Position numbers and translations under genes: made by a program
Shown: positions 28,430-38,704 of the stretch, one piece after another
How the letters are laid out: every line of letters begins with the position of its first letter
How positions within the stretch are numbered: position 1 is the first letter of the stretch
The notes under the pieces: model-generated
What the model saw: only the letters and a program-made list of their open reading frames with translations
The model's database searches: none
Told to the model about the DNA's origin: nothing
DNA from: Cyanobacteria bacterium P01_A01_bin.123
Lineage (GTDB): Bacteria > Cyanobacteriota > Cyanobacteriia > Phormidesmidales > Phormidesmidaceae
DNA length: 64,000 nt
Assembly (NCBI GenBank): GCA_039815185.1
Contig: JBCBZT010000001.1
Coordinates: 1-64,000 of the forward strand
Reading direction: 5' to 3'

Positions 28430-28978
28430 ATGATCAACGCCGTTTCTCAGCAATCGAAAATTTTATTTAATGAAGTTGCGATCGCCGATCTCCATCCATT
28501 TCAAATCGCAGTTTTAACCACCACTAGGACTGTTGGTCAAAATGCTTTATCCGCGAAGACATCAGGTCTGAAAAGGACTTATCAGTCCCAAGGTTGGCTG
28601 ATCTATAACGAGCAAGAGGTTGCCTGTTTTGATGGGCTTAAGATCGGCACAAATAGTTCAGAAATATCCCCTTTCAAACCCATCCAACGATTAGCACCGT
28701 CCATACCCATTTCCTTTGTGGTTAAGGGAAGTCAACCGTTGCCTCAACCCATCTCCGCCCAGGCAGTGTTAGCCTGTCAACTCCCCGACGTGGATTTTCC
28801 ACACCACACTATTTTTTGTCAGTTACGCCCCAGATTTGTCAGAATATATTCCCTCGATGCCAACTTCTCCTTACTCAGCAAAGTTCAGCAAATGTTGGCA
28901 GACGAAACTTTGTTCATTTCTCAAAACCATGAACAGCTCAAGCAGGTGGCTTTCTATCAAGAATATTTTGGACTCTAA
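28430..28978 (+). CDS. Hypothetical protein
   Basis: ~182-aa ORF filling the gap; no motif recognised. Confidence 0.55.
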   Translation: MINAVSQQSKILFNEVAIADLHPFQIAVLTTTRTVGQNALSAKTSGLKRTYQSQGWLIYNEQEVACFDGLKIGTNSSEISPFKPIQRLAPSIPISFVVKGSQPLPQPISAQAVLACQLPDVDFPHHTIFCQLRPRFVRIYSLDANFSLLSKVQQMLADETLFISQNHEQLKQVAFYQEYFGL

Positions 28979-29031
28979 GCTAGCTAGTCTGCCAAAAATG
29001 CTTTGAAGATATAGCGCTGGCCAGATACCCA

Positions 29032-32000
29032 CTAAACTGCGGCACCAGCCAGTTTCCCTGACAGCCCTTCCAGTGCCAAAAAGGAGACGGCTTCGGTGGT
29101 GTGGTTGAGTTCACTATCAAGCGACTGCTCCTCATGCACCCTCACCCCAAAGCTGGTCGCGCTGATGTCATCTAGCCTCAGGTTGGCCGTGTCTGAGCCC
29201 TCAAAAGACCCCAACTTGGCAATCACAGCGGGGGCGACATCAAAGTCTGCTGCAAAACTGACTTTAGAGCGACTGTCGTCATGGCTTTGACCTGTGGTGT
29301 TGCTCTGCATCAGGGTGTCGCCATCGAAGGCTGTTCCCGATTCAACCGCTAACCAGCCGATGGTTTCTGGGGCATGACTCCCCGTATTGAGGGCTTCTTC
29401 TTCCTGCATAGCCAGCTTGAAACTGTCGGCGGACTGGTCTGTCGTCCGAGTGGTGACCCAATCTCCACCATTGAAAGTTTGCACTTGAGACAACACTGTC
29501 GGAGCTGACTCAAAGCCCGTGATGTCAACAGACTCAAAGCCTTGAGTAGTGAGTTGATCACTGTTGCGGGTACCTGCTGAAAGGCGAGTGCCATCTGCGA
29601 GTTCCCAGTCCCCAGCCTCCATAACAAGATAGGAAACCGATTCGTTGGTGTGGCTATCGTCTTTGTACTTGGGTTCCTGGAGGCGTACTTGGAACGTGTT
29701 ATCAGTGATATTGCGGAGGCGAATCGCCGCTGGGTCTGAGCCGTTGAAAGTAGGGTCGGACACGATCACGACCGGATTGCTATAGGTGTCATCGAGGGCA
29801 ATCGTTTGCCAGTCGTGGTTGAGATTGAGCTTGCCGTATTCACCAATCGCATCGCCTGCGGGTTGGGGTTGAACGACATCCCCTCCACTGGCATCCCTTC
29901 CATTGGCATCCCCTGTTAGTTTGACATTGTCAATCGCGACTGAATCTCCCTGATCTAGCGTCTTTGAAGACTTAACCTGGAACATCAGGAACTGATAGCC
30001 ATCACCCAAGTCAACATCGCTCTTGAAGGTCTTCCAGTCAAAGAACTGACCGTCTTCACCACCAAACGTTTGCTGATCAAGTAAAGTGCGAGACATCGGT
30101 AGCGCCCCGACTTGGGTAGGGCCAGTATTTTCCCAATGATTGTTGTCAAACTGGCCATTAACGCCCCACAGCTCAACGGTAATCTCATTGGCACGCCAAG
30201 GCTTATCGCTGCCTTCTAGATTTTTAAGCCGAAAGCTAAGGGTCTGCTGCCCTTTATGAAGCGCGTTATTTTGAACGACCTGACCAATTGTGTTTTGCCA
30301 ATCATCGACCTTTGAAAGCTGAGCCACACCGTTGCTGCGTCTGACACCATCGGTGGCGAACCAGCCTTCATCCGACCACTGGCTATTGTCTTGCCACGCT
30401 GCTAAGAACTGCTCAGAGCTACTAAAGTTACCATCCTTAAAGGCATTGGGATAAACCGTGGGTTTGACTTCCACCGCTTTGGTTAAGGTTTGGGCCGCCC
30501 CCTGATTGTCTAGCACTTGTAGCGTGACATCATAGGTGCCTGCCTTGTCAAACTGGTGGGTTGCCCGCCGTCCAAAATCGTCGAATTTGCCGTCGCTGTT
30601 AAAATCCCAGGCGTAGGCGGCAATCCCTTTACTGTCGATGGGATAGGTGGGTGATGTCGCATCAGGTCGAAGCGGATCGCTGTCGTAGGATGCCCCTGCG
30701 TTAAAGGCAACAGCAAGGCCACCAGCAGCTTTCTCGTTAAATTTGGCAACGGGGCCTTTGTTGCCATCCTTAGCGTCAAAGATGGTATTTTTGATCGCAA
30801 AAGCTTCTGGAAAGTCTTCGGGGCGATCCATGTGGGGGGCTTCGTCCCCAATCTTCCTGAGGTTGTAGGTGTTGTCGCTAAAGCTGCTGTTTTCAATGGA
30901 AGATCGGGTAAAGTCTTTTTCTTCATTGAGAAACTCAACCCTAAGACCTTCATTGAAGCCTTTGACGTTTAGATTTTTGTAGCGGGTGTTGAAGGTTGCA
31001 TGGTTATGAAAGAGCCCATCCCCTCCCTTGGGTTTTTCAACATCGCCGACAATCAGACCATTCTCAAAGTCAAGATTGCTGCTGTAGGCCACCCGCAAAC
31101 CCGCCCAGCGATTGCCCCAAAGCATAAAGTCATCGATCAACCCCCGAACTTCGTGGGCAGTGCGTGGCTCCGGACTGCTGAATTCAAGTTGACCATCGAA
31201 GTTAGTCATTTGCGCCCAAATGCGCATGCCGAAATTGGTGTTATAGCTCTCGAAACCTGAAAGTTGGCGCAGGGGCACATCGGTGACATCGACCTCTTCC
31301 TGACCAGGTTTAGCAACCTTGTTACGAATGCTGGCGGGTAAGTTTTTGACTTTAATGGTTTCTTTATCGCGGAAGTCATTGTCCGGATCGAGGGTATCGC
31401 CAAACACGGTAATCCCCGTTTCATTGGCGCTAATCGCCACATTATCTTTCATCGCAACTTGGGCCGCGCCCTGCACCCAATAACCTTCACCGCGAAAGCC
31501 CAGGTCAAATTTGCGATTGCGGGCATCCCCCTGGTTTTGTGCCGTTTTCCAAGGAATCCCGGTGGTTTTAATGGTGATGTTGTTTTCCCATAGCCCTAAT
31601 TCATTCCCTGATTCGGCGACAATGCCCGAGCCCGCTACGTCGAAAACCACATTATCCTTGATAATCGCATGGCTGTCGTGATGCACGATGCCCCAGCCCG
31701 GTGAGCCTACGACTGCATTACCTTTGAGGACAGCGGCCTGACCATTGATGTCTTCTGCCCCGGTGCGATGGGTATGTAGGGCATAGCGACCACGAATGTT
31801 TTCGCCAGATCCCTTAGATCCATCCACATTTTGACCAATGTCGTCTACGAGTTTGGTTTTGTCAGAGCGGCCTAGGTTATAGAATCCAGCATTGTGAACC
31901 TGCACATCTGGATTGTGCATAAACATCACGTGCCCCCGTTGCTGAGTCGGGGTACTTTCGCCGTCTTCGCTCTCAATCACAACATTGCGGCTGGTATTGG

Positions 32001-32808
32001 CGACGTAAAGCTTGAGCTGATCCTTCTCAGCAATATCAGGGCGTGTGTGGTCAAACCGGAGGACAGTATTGTCTCCCTCAGTAACGTCGTTGTTTGTAAA
32101 TTGAACCCGATCACCATCAATCTCGGTGATGGTCAATTCCTCATCCCGGAAGCGGCTATTATCGCTATCTGAACCATTCCAGCCATAGCTAGTACCGCCA
32201 AGAACGAGTTTGTCACCAACTTTCCAGCCAGTAGGTGCCTGCTTAAGCACCAGTTCGCGATCGCCAGCCACTGCATCTTTGGCCAGGGCAATGAAGTCTG
32301 TTTTCTCAGCACCGTGAATATTAACCTTCCCATGGGTAATCACCCCCCGACTGAGCTGTGTCGGGTCCCAATTAGTATTGATGTCGCCTTCGTTGGCGAT
32401 GACGATTTGGGCCGTTTTGTCTGCTTGAATCGGATTGTTAGCGGTACCGATATTGAGGGTTCCTGAGGCGGTTTCAACAAAGGTATCGACCACTAGCTTG
32501 GTGTTTTTGTTGTGGGCAAAGGTGAGGGTCCCATCCAATCGAACGGTTTTAATGCGGGTATCGCTTTCGCTGTCGTAGCGGACACTTACCCCTTCTGCAA
32601 TCCTAACTTTGGCTCCATCACCGGGGACTTTACCCCCTTGCCACGTGCTGGGGGCAAACCAAGAACCGTTGTTGATAGCAACATGGGTGGCTTTATCCTT
32701 GGGCACCAGATCCATGAGCGCCTGGTGTTCCTTCATCTTGACCGGATCGCCTGCATGGGGGGTATGACCGGCCATGGGCATATGGGTAGTCATCATGGGG
32801 GTATCCAT
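29032..32808 (-). CDS. Large G8-domain / beta-helix / PKD protein with C-terminal triple lectin-like module
   Basis: NGSWFAPSTWQGGKVP G8 start, GWKVGDKLVL, RGRYALHTH, PKD motif YAWDFNSDG...HQFDKAGTYDVTLQV, C-terminal WQTIALDDTYSNPVV repeats. Confidence 0.85.
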   Translation of the reverse strand: MDTPMMTTHMPMAGHTPHAGDPVKMKEHQALMDLVPKDKATHVAINNGSWFAPSTWQGGKVPGDGAKVRIAEGVSVRYDSESDTRIKTVRLDGTLTFAHNKNTKLVVDTFVETASGTLNIGTANNPIQADKTAQIVIANEGDINTNWDPTQLSRGVITHGKVNIHGAEKTDFIALAKDAVAGDRELVLKQAPTGWKVGDKLVLGGTSYGWNGSDSDNSRFRDEELTITEIDGDRVQFTNNDVTEGDNTVLRFDHTRPDIAEKDQLKLYVANTSRNVVIESEDGESTPTQQRGHVMFMHNPDVQVHNAGFYNLGRSDKTKLVDDIGQNVDGSKGSGENIRGRYALHTHRTGAEDINGQAAVLKGNAVVGSPGWGIVHHDSHAIIKDNVVFDVAGSGIVAESGNELGLWENNITIKTTGIPWKTAQNQGDARNRKFDLGFRGEGYWVQGAAQVAMKDNVAISANETGITVFGDTLDPDNDFRDKETIKVKNLPASIRNKVAKPGQEEVDVTDVPLRQLSGFESYNTNFGMRIWAQMTNFDGQLEFSSPEPRTAHEVRGLIDDFMLWGNRWAGLRVAYSSNLDFENGLIVGDVEKPKGGDGLFHNHATFNTRYKNLNVKGFNEGLRVEFLNEEKDFTRSSIENSSFSDNTYNLRKIGDEAPHMDRPEDFPEAFAIKNTIFDAKDGNKGPVAKFNEKAAGGLAVAFNAGASYDSDPLRPDATSPTYPIDSKGIAAYAWDFNSDGKFDDFGRRATHQFDKAGTYDVTLQVLDNQGAAQTLTKAVEVKPTVYPNAFKDGNFSSSEQFLAAWQDNSQWSDEGWFATDGVRRSNGVAQLSKVDDWQNTIGQVVQNNALHKGQQTLSFRLKNLEGSDKPWRANEITVELWGVNGQFDNNHWENTGPTQVGALPMSRTLLDQQTFGGEDGQFFDWKTFKSDVDLGDGYQFLMFQVKSSKTLDQGDSVAIDNVKLTGDANGRDASGGDVVQPQPAGDAIGEYGKLNLNHDWQTIALDDTYSNPVVIVSDPTFNGSDPAAIRLRNITDNTFQVRLQEPKYKDDSHTNESVSYLVMEAGDWELADGTRLSAGTRNSDQLTTQGFESVDITGFESAPTVLSQVQTFNGGDWVTTRTTDQSADSFKLAMQEEEALNTGSHAPETIGWLAVESGTAFDGDTLMQSNTTGQSHDDSRSKVSFAADFDVAPAVIAKLGSFEGSDTANLRLDDISATSFGVRVHEEQSLDSELNHTTEAVSFLALEGLSGKLAGAAV
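29081..29810. repeat. ~730-bp duplicated C-terminal module, copy 1
   Basis: Colinear with 33055-33785 at constant offset 3974; long identical blocks. Confidence 0.92.
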
Positions 32809-32860
32809 GGGTGCGTGTCTCCGTATTTTGAATTCTGCAACGCTGCTGAAACCTGGGAAT

Positions 32861-32982
32861 GGCTGAGGACAATCGTCAGTCCTCAGCCTGATGGAGCGCT
32901 TCGCAGATTACTCAATCTGCGAAGCGCTTAGTTAACGAGACGATCTGCTCGCAGCCGCCACAATGCTTGGTGGTGGCTGCGA
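32861..32982. other. Three consecutive stem-loops in the intergenic spacer
   Basis: 32861-32888 (10-bp stem), 32895-32928 (15-bp perfect stem), 32949-32982 (12-bp stem). Confidence 0.75.
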
Positions 32983-33005
32983 TACCTATTCAAGGGCTGT
33001 GGGGG

Positions 33006-35639
33006 CTATACCGCTGAGCCAGTCAAGCTTCCCGATTGCCCCTCCAGCGCCAGGAAGGAGACCGCTTCGGTAGTGTGGTTGAGTTCACTATCAAGCGACT
33101 GCTCCTCATACACCCTCACCCCAAAGCTGGTCGCGCTGATGTCATCTAGCCTCAGGTTGGCCGTGTCTGAGCCCTCAAAAGACCCCAACTTGACAATCAC
33201 AGCGGGGGCGACATCAAAGTCTGCTGCAAAACTGACTTTAGAGCGACTGTCGTCATGGCTTTGACCTGTAGTGTTGCTCTGCATCAGGGTGTCGCCATCG
33301 AAGGCTGTTCCCGATTCAACCGCTAACCAGCCAATGGTTTCTTGCGTATGACCGCCATTGTTGAGTGCTTCTTCTTCCTGCATGGCGACTTGGAAGTCCG
33401 TGGCGGACTGACCTTTGGTACGAGTCGTGACCCAATCTCCACCATTGAAAGTTTGCACTTGAGACAACACTGTTGGGGCTGACTCAAAGCCAGTGATGTC
33501 AACGGACTCAAAGCCTTGAGTAGTGAGTTGATCACTGTTGCGGGTACCTGCTGAAAGGCGAGTGCCATCTGCGAGTTCCCAGTCCCCAGCCTCCATAACA
33601 AGATAGGAAACCGATTCGTTGGTGTGGGTATCGTCTTTGTACTTGGGTTCCTGGAGGCGCACTTGGAACGTGTTATCAGTGATATTGCGGAGGCGAATCG
33701 CAGCGGGATCTGAGCCGTTAAAGGTAGGGTCGGACACGATTACGACCGGGTTATCGTAAGTCTCATCGAGGGCAACCGTTTGCCATTGGTCATTGAGGGT
33801 GAGGCTACCATATTCGCCAATGGCGTCGCTTTGGGGTTGCGCCCCATCCACAACGCTGTAGTCAAGGTCAGCAGCCCCAACAACCTGACCTTTAGCGCCC
33901 TCTTGCGTGTAGGCAGTGGCCTTGAGGGTAAAGTCGCCTTCGCTCAGGGGTTTACCGTAGAAATCACCGTCTATATCGCCAAACAGGGCGTAGGGTTTGA
34001 TGTTTTCGGTGCGGTTCCCCAGAGGAGACTCAAATTTGACGCTCTTAACTGATTGGGCATCGGGATGGTCAGGGTTAATTTTAGCCACCACGTTGTACTG
34101 AGTGAGATCCACCTCATTTAGATTGATGGTGTCATTAGCCCCGAGGTCTTCAAAGCCCTCAACAAATTCTTCAGTCTCAGGGTTGACTAAAGCAAACGTT
34201 ATCAGGTCTTTTCCAGGGGTGGGGTTAGGCTCCGGTTCTGGTTCCGGTTCCGGTGGTGGATTTGGATTACTCCCTTTGATCGGTGATTGAGGGGCATCTG
34301 CATCCTTTAAAAATCCGTCGTTACTCAAGGTCACGCGATCCAGGGCGTATCCATCCGAGCGTCCTGAAATCTCCAAACGATATTGGGTGTCAGCTTGGAG
34401 GGTAACTTGAGCCTGAGACTTGTTATGGTTGGCATCAAATGTTGTGCCCCACTTCAATTCCCTGTCTGAACTCCCTAATCCAGTGAAGAGTTTGGTGGGT
34501 GACTGAACGACTGCGCCAGTTTCAGCATTAATGATAGAAACGTAGGCATCATTGCCTGTGTCTGTACGTTCTGGCCCACTCTTGCCATTTTCATAGCGAT
34601 CGCTGGCGTTCATGGCAGATTTGATCCGCCCTGAATGCATGGCAATGCTATAGGTACCGGCCTCATCGGTTTCAAATTGGTAAGCCAGCGTTTGACCGTT
34701 GGGTACCTTACCGTAACTGCTTTGAGCCGCATCCCAAAGCAAAGACGCTTCACCCCCAACAGTCACTTTCTGCCAGTCACCCGTGGGATTAGCTGACTCC
34801 GCCTCGATGACCACTTGTCCGTTTTGCGCCAGGAATACCGAACCACTTGGATTTGGGGTAGGGGGTTCCGGTGGTGGTGGTATCGATGGGTCAAACGATG
34901 GTGGATTGGCATCAAAGAAGGCTTTGGCATCGAAGGGGTCAGCCGTTTCTTGGCCGGTAATGGCATAGAACAGCATCCCGGCATCCGAGGGGTCATTCAC
35001 TTTCCCCTGGGCGTTTTGCATCTTCTCCCGGGCTTCTTGCAGCACTGGATTATTGGTGGTGTCTAGCCAGTCCCATTCAAAGCTGTTGAATCCCTTATCG
35101 TTGTTGCTGCCGTTGTTTTGGTCTTGGATATCGATCTGCTGAACCTCTGGAAAATCTGCGGCGATGTCACTCCAGGTTCTGGGTTTGCCGCCGCCGGGGC
35201 GAGTGCCAACAGCCCGATTTTCGTTCCAGCTTGAGTGGGAGAGCGCCACAACATTGCCACGATTGGCGGGGCTGGTTTGCTCAAGTGCCCGATATATGGC
35301 CTCCATCGGGCCACCCTCAATGGCTAAAACCTTCTTGCCTGAATTGAGAATTTTGACTAACTCATCGGTTGTCTGTTGAATGCCGTCTTGATAGCTGTGG
35401 GTAGTAATGCCAAGCTTGTCAGCAAAGGCCGCACTTTCGCGCATGGCAGCGACTTGAGACGTGCTATCGGGTTCACTCAAGTTGTTGCCGTAGAAGAACG
35501 TGATCTTGTCTGCTAGTCCTGCTGATTGGGCAATGGACGCAGCAATCGGTAAAGCCGAGATATCATCCTTATCGTTGTTGTTGCCATCAAAATGAAACGT
35601 AATGGCGTCGAATTCAGAGAGATTAATATTTGACTGCAT
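33006..35639 (-). CDS. Multidomain, probably extracellular protein: DxDD hydrolase-like N-terminus, CBM-like domain, shared C-terminal lectin-like module
   Basis: FDGNNNDKDDISAL, IEGGPME, DPSDAGM; NGQVVIEAES; Pro-rich linkers. Start placed at ATG 35639 (ORF open to 35804). Confidence 0.8.
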   Translation of the reverse strand: MQSNINLSEFDAITFHFDGNNNDKDDISALPIAASIAQSAGLADKITFFYGNNLSEPDSTSQVAAMRESAAFADKLGITTHSYQDGIQQTTDELVKILNSGKKVLAIEGGPMEAIYRALEQTSPANRGNVVALSHSSWNENRAVGTRPGGGKPRTWSDIAADFPEVQQIDIQDQNNGSNNDKGFNSFEWDWLDTTNNPVLQEAREKMQNAQGKVNDPSDAGMLFYAITGQETADPFDAKAFFDANPPSFDPSIPPPPEPPTPNPSGSVFLAQNGQVVIEAESANPTGDWQKVTVGGEASLLWDAAQSSYGKVPNGQTLAYQFETDEAGTYSIAMHSGRIKSAMNASDRYENGKSGPERTDTGNDAYVSIINAETGAVVQSPTKLFTGLGSSDRELKWGTTFDANHNKSQAQVTLQADTQYRLEISGRSDGYALDRVTLSNDGFLKDADAPQSPIKGSNPNPPPEPEPEPEPNPTPGKDLITFALVNPETEEFVEGFEDLGANDTINLNEVDLTQYNVVAKINPDHPDAQSVKSVKFESPLGNRTENIKPYALFGDIDGDFYGKPLSEGDFTLKATAYTQEGAKGQVVGAADLDYSVVDGAQPQSDAIGEYGSLTLNDQWQTVALDETYDNPVVIVSDPTFNGSDPAAIRLRNITDNTFQVRLQEPKYKDDTHTNESVSYLVMEAGDWELADGTRLSAGTRNSDQLTTQGFESVDITGFESAPTVLSQVQTFNGGDWVTTRTKGQSATDFQVAMQEEEALNNGGHTQETIGWLAVESGTAFDGDTLMQSNTTGQSHDDSRSKVSFAADFDVAPAVIVKLGSFEGSDTANLRLDDISATSFGVRVYEEQSLDSELNHTTEAVSFLALEGQSGSLTGSAV
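33055..33785. repeat. ~730-bp duplicated C-terminal module, copy 2
   Basis: See 29081-29810. Confidence 0.92.
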
Positions 35640-36489
35640 GGTTTTAGAGTAGTCTCTACTACTCAGTGTTGGTTCTGAATGGTCTTCACGACTAGGTATC
35701 GATGGAGTTGGGTTAGGCGTTGACTCTACAAAAGAGGCAAGTTCTGGCTTGGGTTGCAAACTGGCAGCAGATGCCCAATGCGATCGCCGAAACCCTAAAC
35801 CCAACAGTGATGGTCTTAGTTGACTTGTCTGATAGCGTTCTTCAAAAGAAAATGGCTTGCACCAATTTCTGTGACATTAGAGTTGAGCAAATGAGCCTAA
35901 TAGCCAGAATCATCGGTTTCACCACAAGGTCACGTATGGCTAAGCCGCAAAGTCTTGATGAGTTGTCGATCAGAATGCGGTTCAGCATCTAAGAAACTTC
36001 TGAATGAAGCGTTCTAGGCTGAACATGAACGAGGTGAATCAATTGACACCGCAACAAAACTTTGGGGCATGGCTAAAAGGCAAACATCAATCTAGAGCAT
36101 AGTTCCTGAAGGTAGGGAGAATGTTAACGATAGCGAGGGTAGATGGGTAGCGCATATCAGCACATAAGATAGGCAAAAGCTCAACTCACTTCACAAGGCT
36201 TTCTTATCTGTGCCACCACTAAAGTACGAGGTTGGGAAACACTCGTCTGTGAGAAAAAGGAGCCAGATAAATCCTGATAATTTCTGGTATTCCGCAGCAA
36301 GAAAAGAATCAGAAATGGACGATTTAGATGCGATCGCCCCATTATTAAAAGTAAATTTTCATATCAAAAAGTTTCTAAATCAAGGGGGATACCATTTAGA
36401 AAAAATAGTGAATAATGCTTCTTAATAAGTGAGAAGCTAAAAAATGCCCCTCCCCCCGCAGGAGGAGGATTGGAAGACGAGGTTTGCGC

Positions 36490-37992
36490 CTAGACGGCTA
36501 CTGGCTGTTCACCCAAAATCGCCGTTGCATTAGCTTCACGGAACATGTGATTCGCCCACTGCTGCACATCGTAACGGCGAATCGCCTTATTTAATCCGGT
36601 CATACGTCGCTGTTGCTCTTCTGCAGACATATCTAGCGCCCTATCGATGCACTCGTCCATACTCTTGTCTGAATAAGGGTTAGTTAACACCGCATCCGGC
36701 AGTTCCACTGCCGACCCAGTAAACTCTGACAACACCAGCACCCCATTCTGGCCTTCATGGGCTGCCACATATTCCTTGGCAACTAGATTCAATCCATCTC
36801 GCAAGGGACAAATCCAGGCGATATCGGCAGCTTTGTAGACTGCCATTAGATCGTTAAAGGGGACAGGTTCAGTAAACAGCTGAATCGGGGTCCAATTGAG
36901 CTTAGAAAAGCGCCCGTTGATCTGCCCCACCAACTGCTCAATCTGGCTTTGGGCTTCCCGATAGACCCGCATTCCCGATGCCGCCTTCACCGCCGTCATA
37001 ATTAGATTGACTTTGCCCAAGCGCTCAGGTTGACGCTCTAGGAGCCGCTCATAGCACAGCAGCATCTCTTTGGCACCCTTCACATAATCCACCCGTCCAG
37101 CAGAAACGATCAGCGTGTTGTCACCGATATCTTCGCGGAGTTTGGTGATACGCTCTTTTACTTCCGGACGGTTGACTACGCTGACGATATAGTCGGGGCT
37201 AGTACCCACGGGGAAGGCATCGAGGTTGATCAACCGACCTTTATAGCTCAGTTGGGTCACCATCTCTGGTTCTGCTAGGGCCGACCCCACAGCAGTAAAG
37301 GATTCGGGCACAGGCACCCGGCGGGTAATGTCAACATGCCGACAACTGCGGGCCGCAGTAACAAAGTTTTGCACATAGCGGGGAATGTGGAAACCACAGA
37401 GGTCGCAACATAGCAAGCTGTCGATAATGGCCTCGCGCCAGTGCAAAATGTTGAAGACGTCAGCAGCGGGGAAGGGGGTGTGATGGAAGAAGGCGATCTT
37501 AACATCGGGCATCTGCTGCCGAATGTAATAGGGCGTTAGCCACAGGTTATAGTCGTGAATCCAAATCAGGGCATCATCAGCGGCGTCTTCGCAAGCAGCT
37601 TGAGCAAATAGACGATTGATGTTTTGAAAGTTTTCCCAGTCAGAGCTTTCGTAGGTGAAATGCTCAGGAAACGAGTGCAAAATCGGCCAGAAAGCTTCCT
37701 TAGAGGTGATGTGATAAAAGTTTTTCACCTGATCTTGCGTCAGGGGAATCCGCCGGACGACACAGCTGTCGCTGCCCCCTTCCATCGTCACCCGCTCTTC
37801 AAAGTTGACTTGTTGCTCATTCGACACCTGTTTCCAGGCCACCCAGGTGCTTTGCGCGGCATTGGCAAAAAAGTTTTTTAGCGTGGGTACGATGCCGTTG
37901 GGGCTTTTCTTTTCGCGGTAGTAAATCTTGCCGTTTTCTTTGACTTCGTCGTAGGGTTCCCGGTGATAAAGAATAACTAGAGAAGATTTCAT
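36490..37992 (-). CDS. ggpS: Glucosylglycerol-phosphate synthase
   Basis: MKSSLVILYHREPYDEV...KSPNGIVPTL, WIHDYNL, GRVDYVKG, PLRDGLNLVAKEY (GT20). Confidence 0.95.
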   Translation of the reverse strand: MKSSLVILYHREPYDEVKENGKIYYREKKSPNGIVPTLKNFFANAAQSTWVAWKQVSNEQQVNFEERVTMEGGSDSCVVRRIPLTQDQVKNFYHITSKEAFWPILHSFPEHFTYESSDWENFQNINRLFAQAACEDAADDALIWIHDYNLWLTPYYIRQQMPDVKIAFFHHTPFPAADVFNILHWREAIIDSLLCCDLCGFHIPRYVQNFVTAARSCRHVDITRRVPVPESFTAVGSALAEPEMVTQLSYKGRLINLDAFPVGTSPDYIVSVVNRPEVKERITKLREDIGDNTLIVSAGRVDYVKGAKEMLLCYERLLERQPERLGKVNLIMTAVKAASGMRVYREAQSQIEQLVGQINGRFSKLNWTPIQLFTEPVPFNDLMAVYKAADIAWICPLRDGLNLVAKEYVAAHEGQNGVLVLSEFTGSAVELPDAVLTNPYSDKSMDECIDRALDMSAEEQQRRMTGLNKAIRRYDVQQWANHMFREANATAILGEQPVAV

Positions 37993-38704
37993 GCCAGAGC
38001 CTCCTGAAGATATGCATCAACTTTTCAGCGATCGCTACCTATCCTATCTCTGCCTGTTGTCTAGGATGCTTTTGCCCAGACTCCTCTTGCCTACTTGCAT
38101 AACATCATAAGCAGGTTTGAGACGGGCTGTAGGTCGCTGGGGGTGGGTTTGGCATTAGGGCCAACATAAACGACTAAACAAAATCCGCCTCTATGACCAC
38201 CCCACCCCATCATCAAAGGGATAGCCCATCTCGTCAAATTCACCGCATGGGGCTGCTATTCGAGAATGGGCGGGCTTATAATTTCGGATAGTAGGATTAG
38301 AACCAGCGTTTTTTATTCAGTCTTCTTTATTCAATGTCTCTAAAGTCATTTAAACTTAATGCTTATTTAAACTGTGGTGCCCCTGCTTGGAATCAAGTAA
38401 AGCATCCAGTGTTTGCTTCGGTGAAGTTGCGCCGAATCCTTTAGATTTCAAGCGTTGGCCCGACCACAAGCCTCACGAAATCTTTAAGGCAAGTGGCTAG
38501 TCTGTACGATTGAATGAATGCTGATAGATCGCGATTGAATGCGAGTAGGGCGATCGCGATCGGGACGCGTTTTTCAAAATTTAGTCTGGTTCAGTTTGAC
38601 CCTTTAGGCATTTGTCGTCACAATCTTGGGCAATCTGAACGTGGCCAGGATTGATTTATGATGATGCACTGCTCCTTTGTAAGTAAGTTTGGGACTCAAT
38701 TGCC

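Noticed and set aside
29081..33785. Template/variable repeat pair of a diversity-generating retroelement
   Set aside because: Both copies are coding, differences are not adenine-specific, and no reverse transcriptase is present.
35720..36425. Short ORFs between the multidomain gene and ggpS
   Set aside because: No motifs; AT-rich, probably promoter/intergenic DNA.
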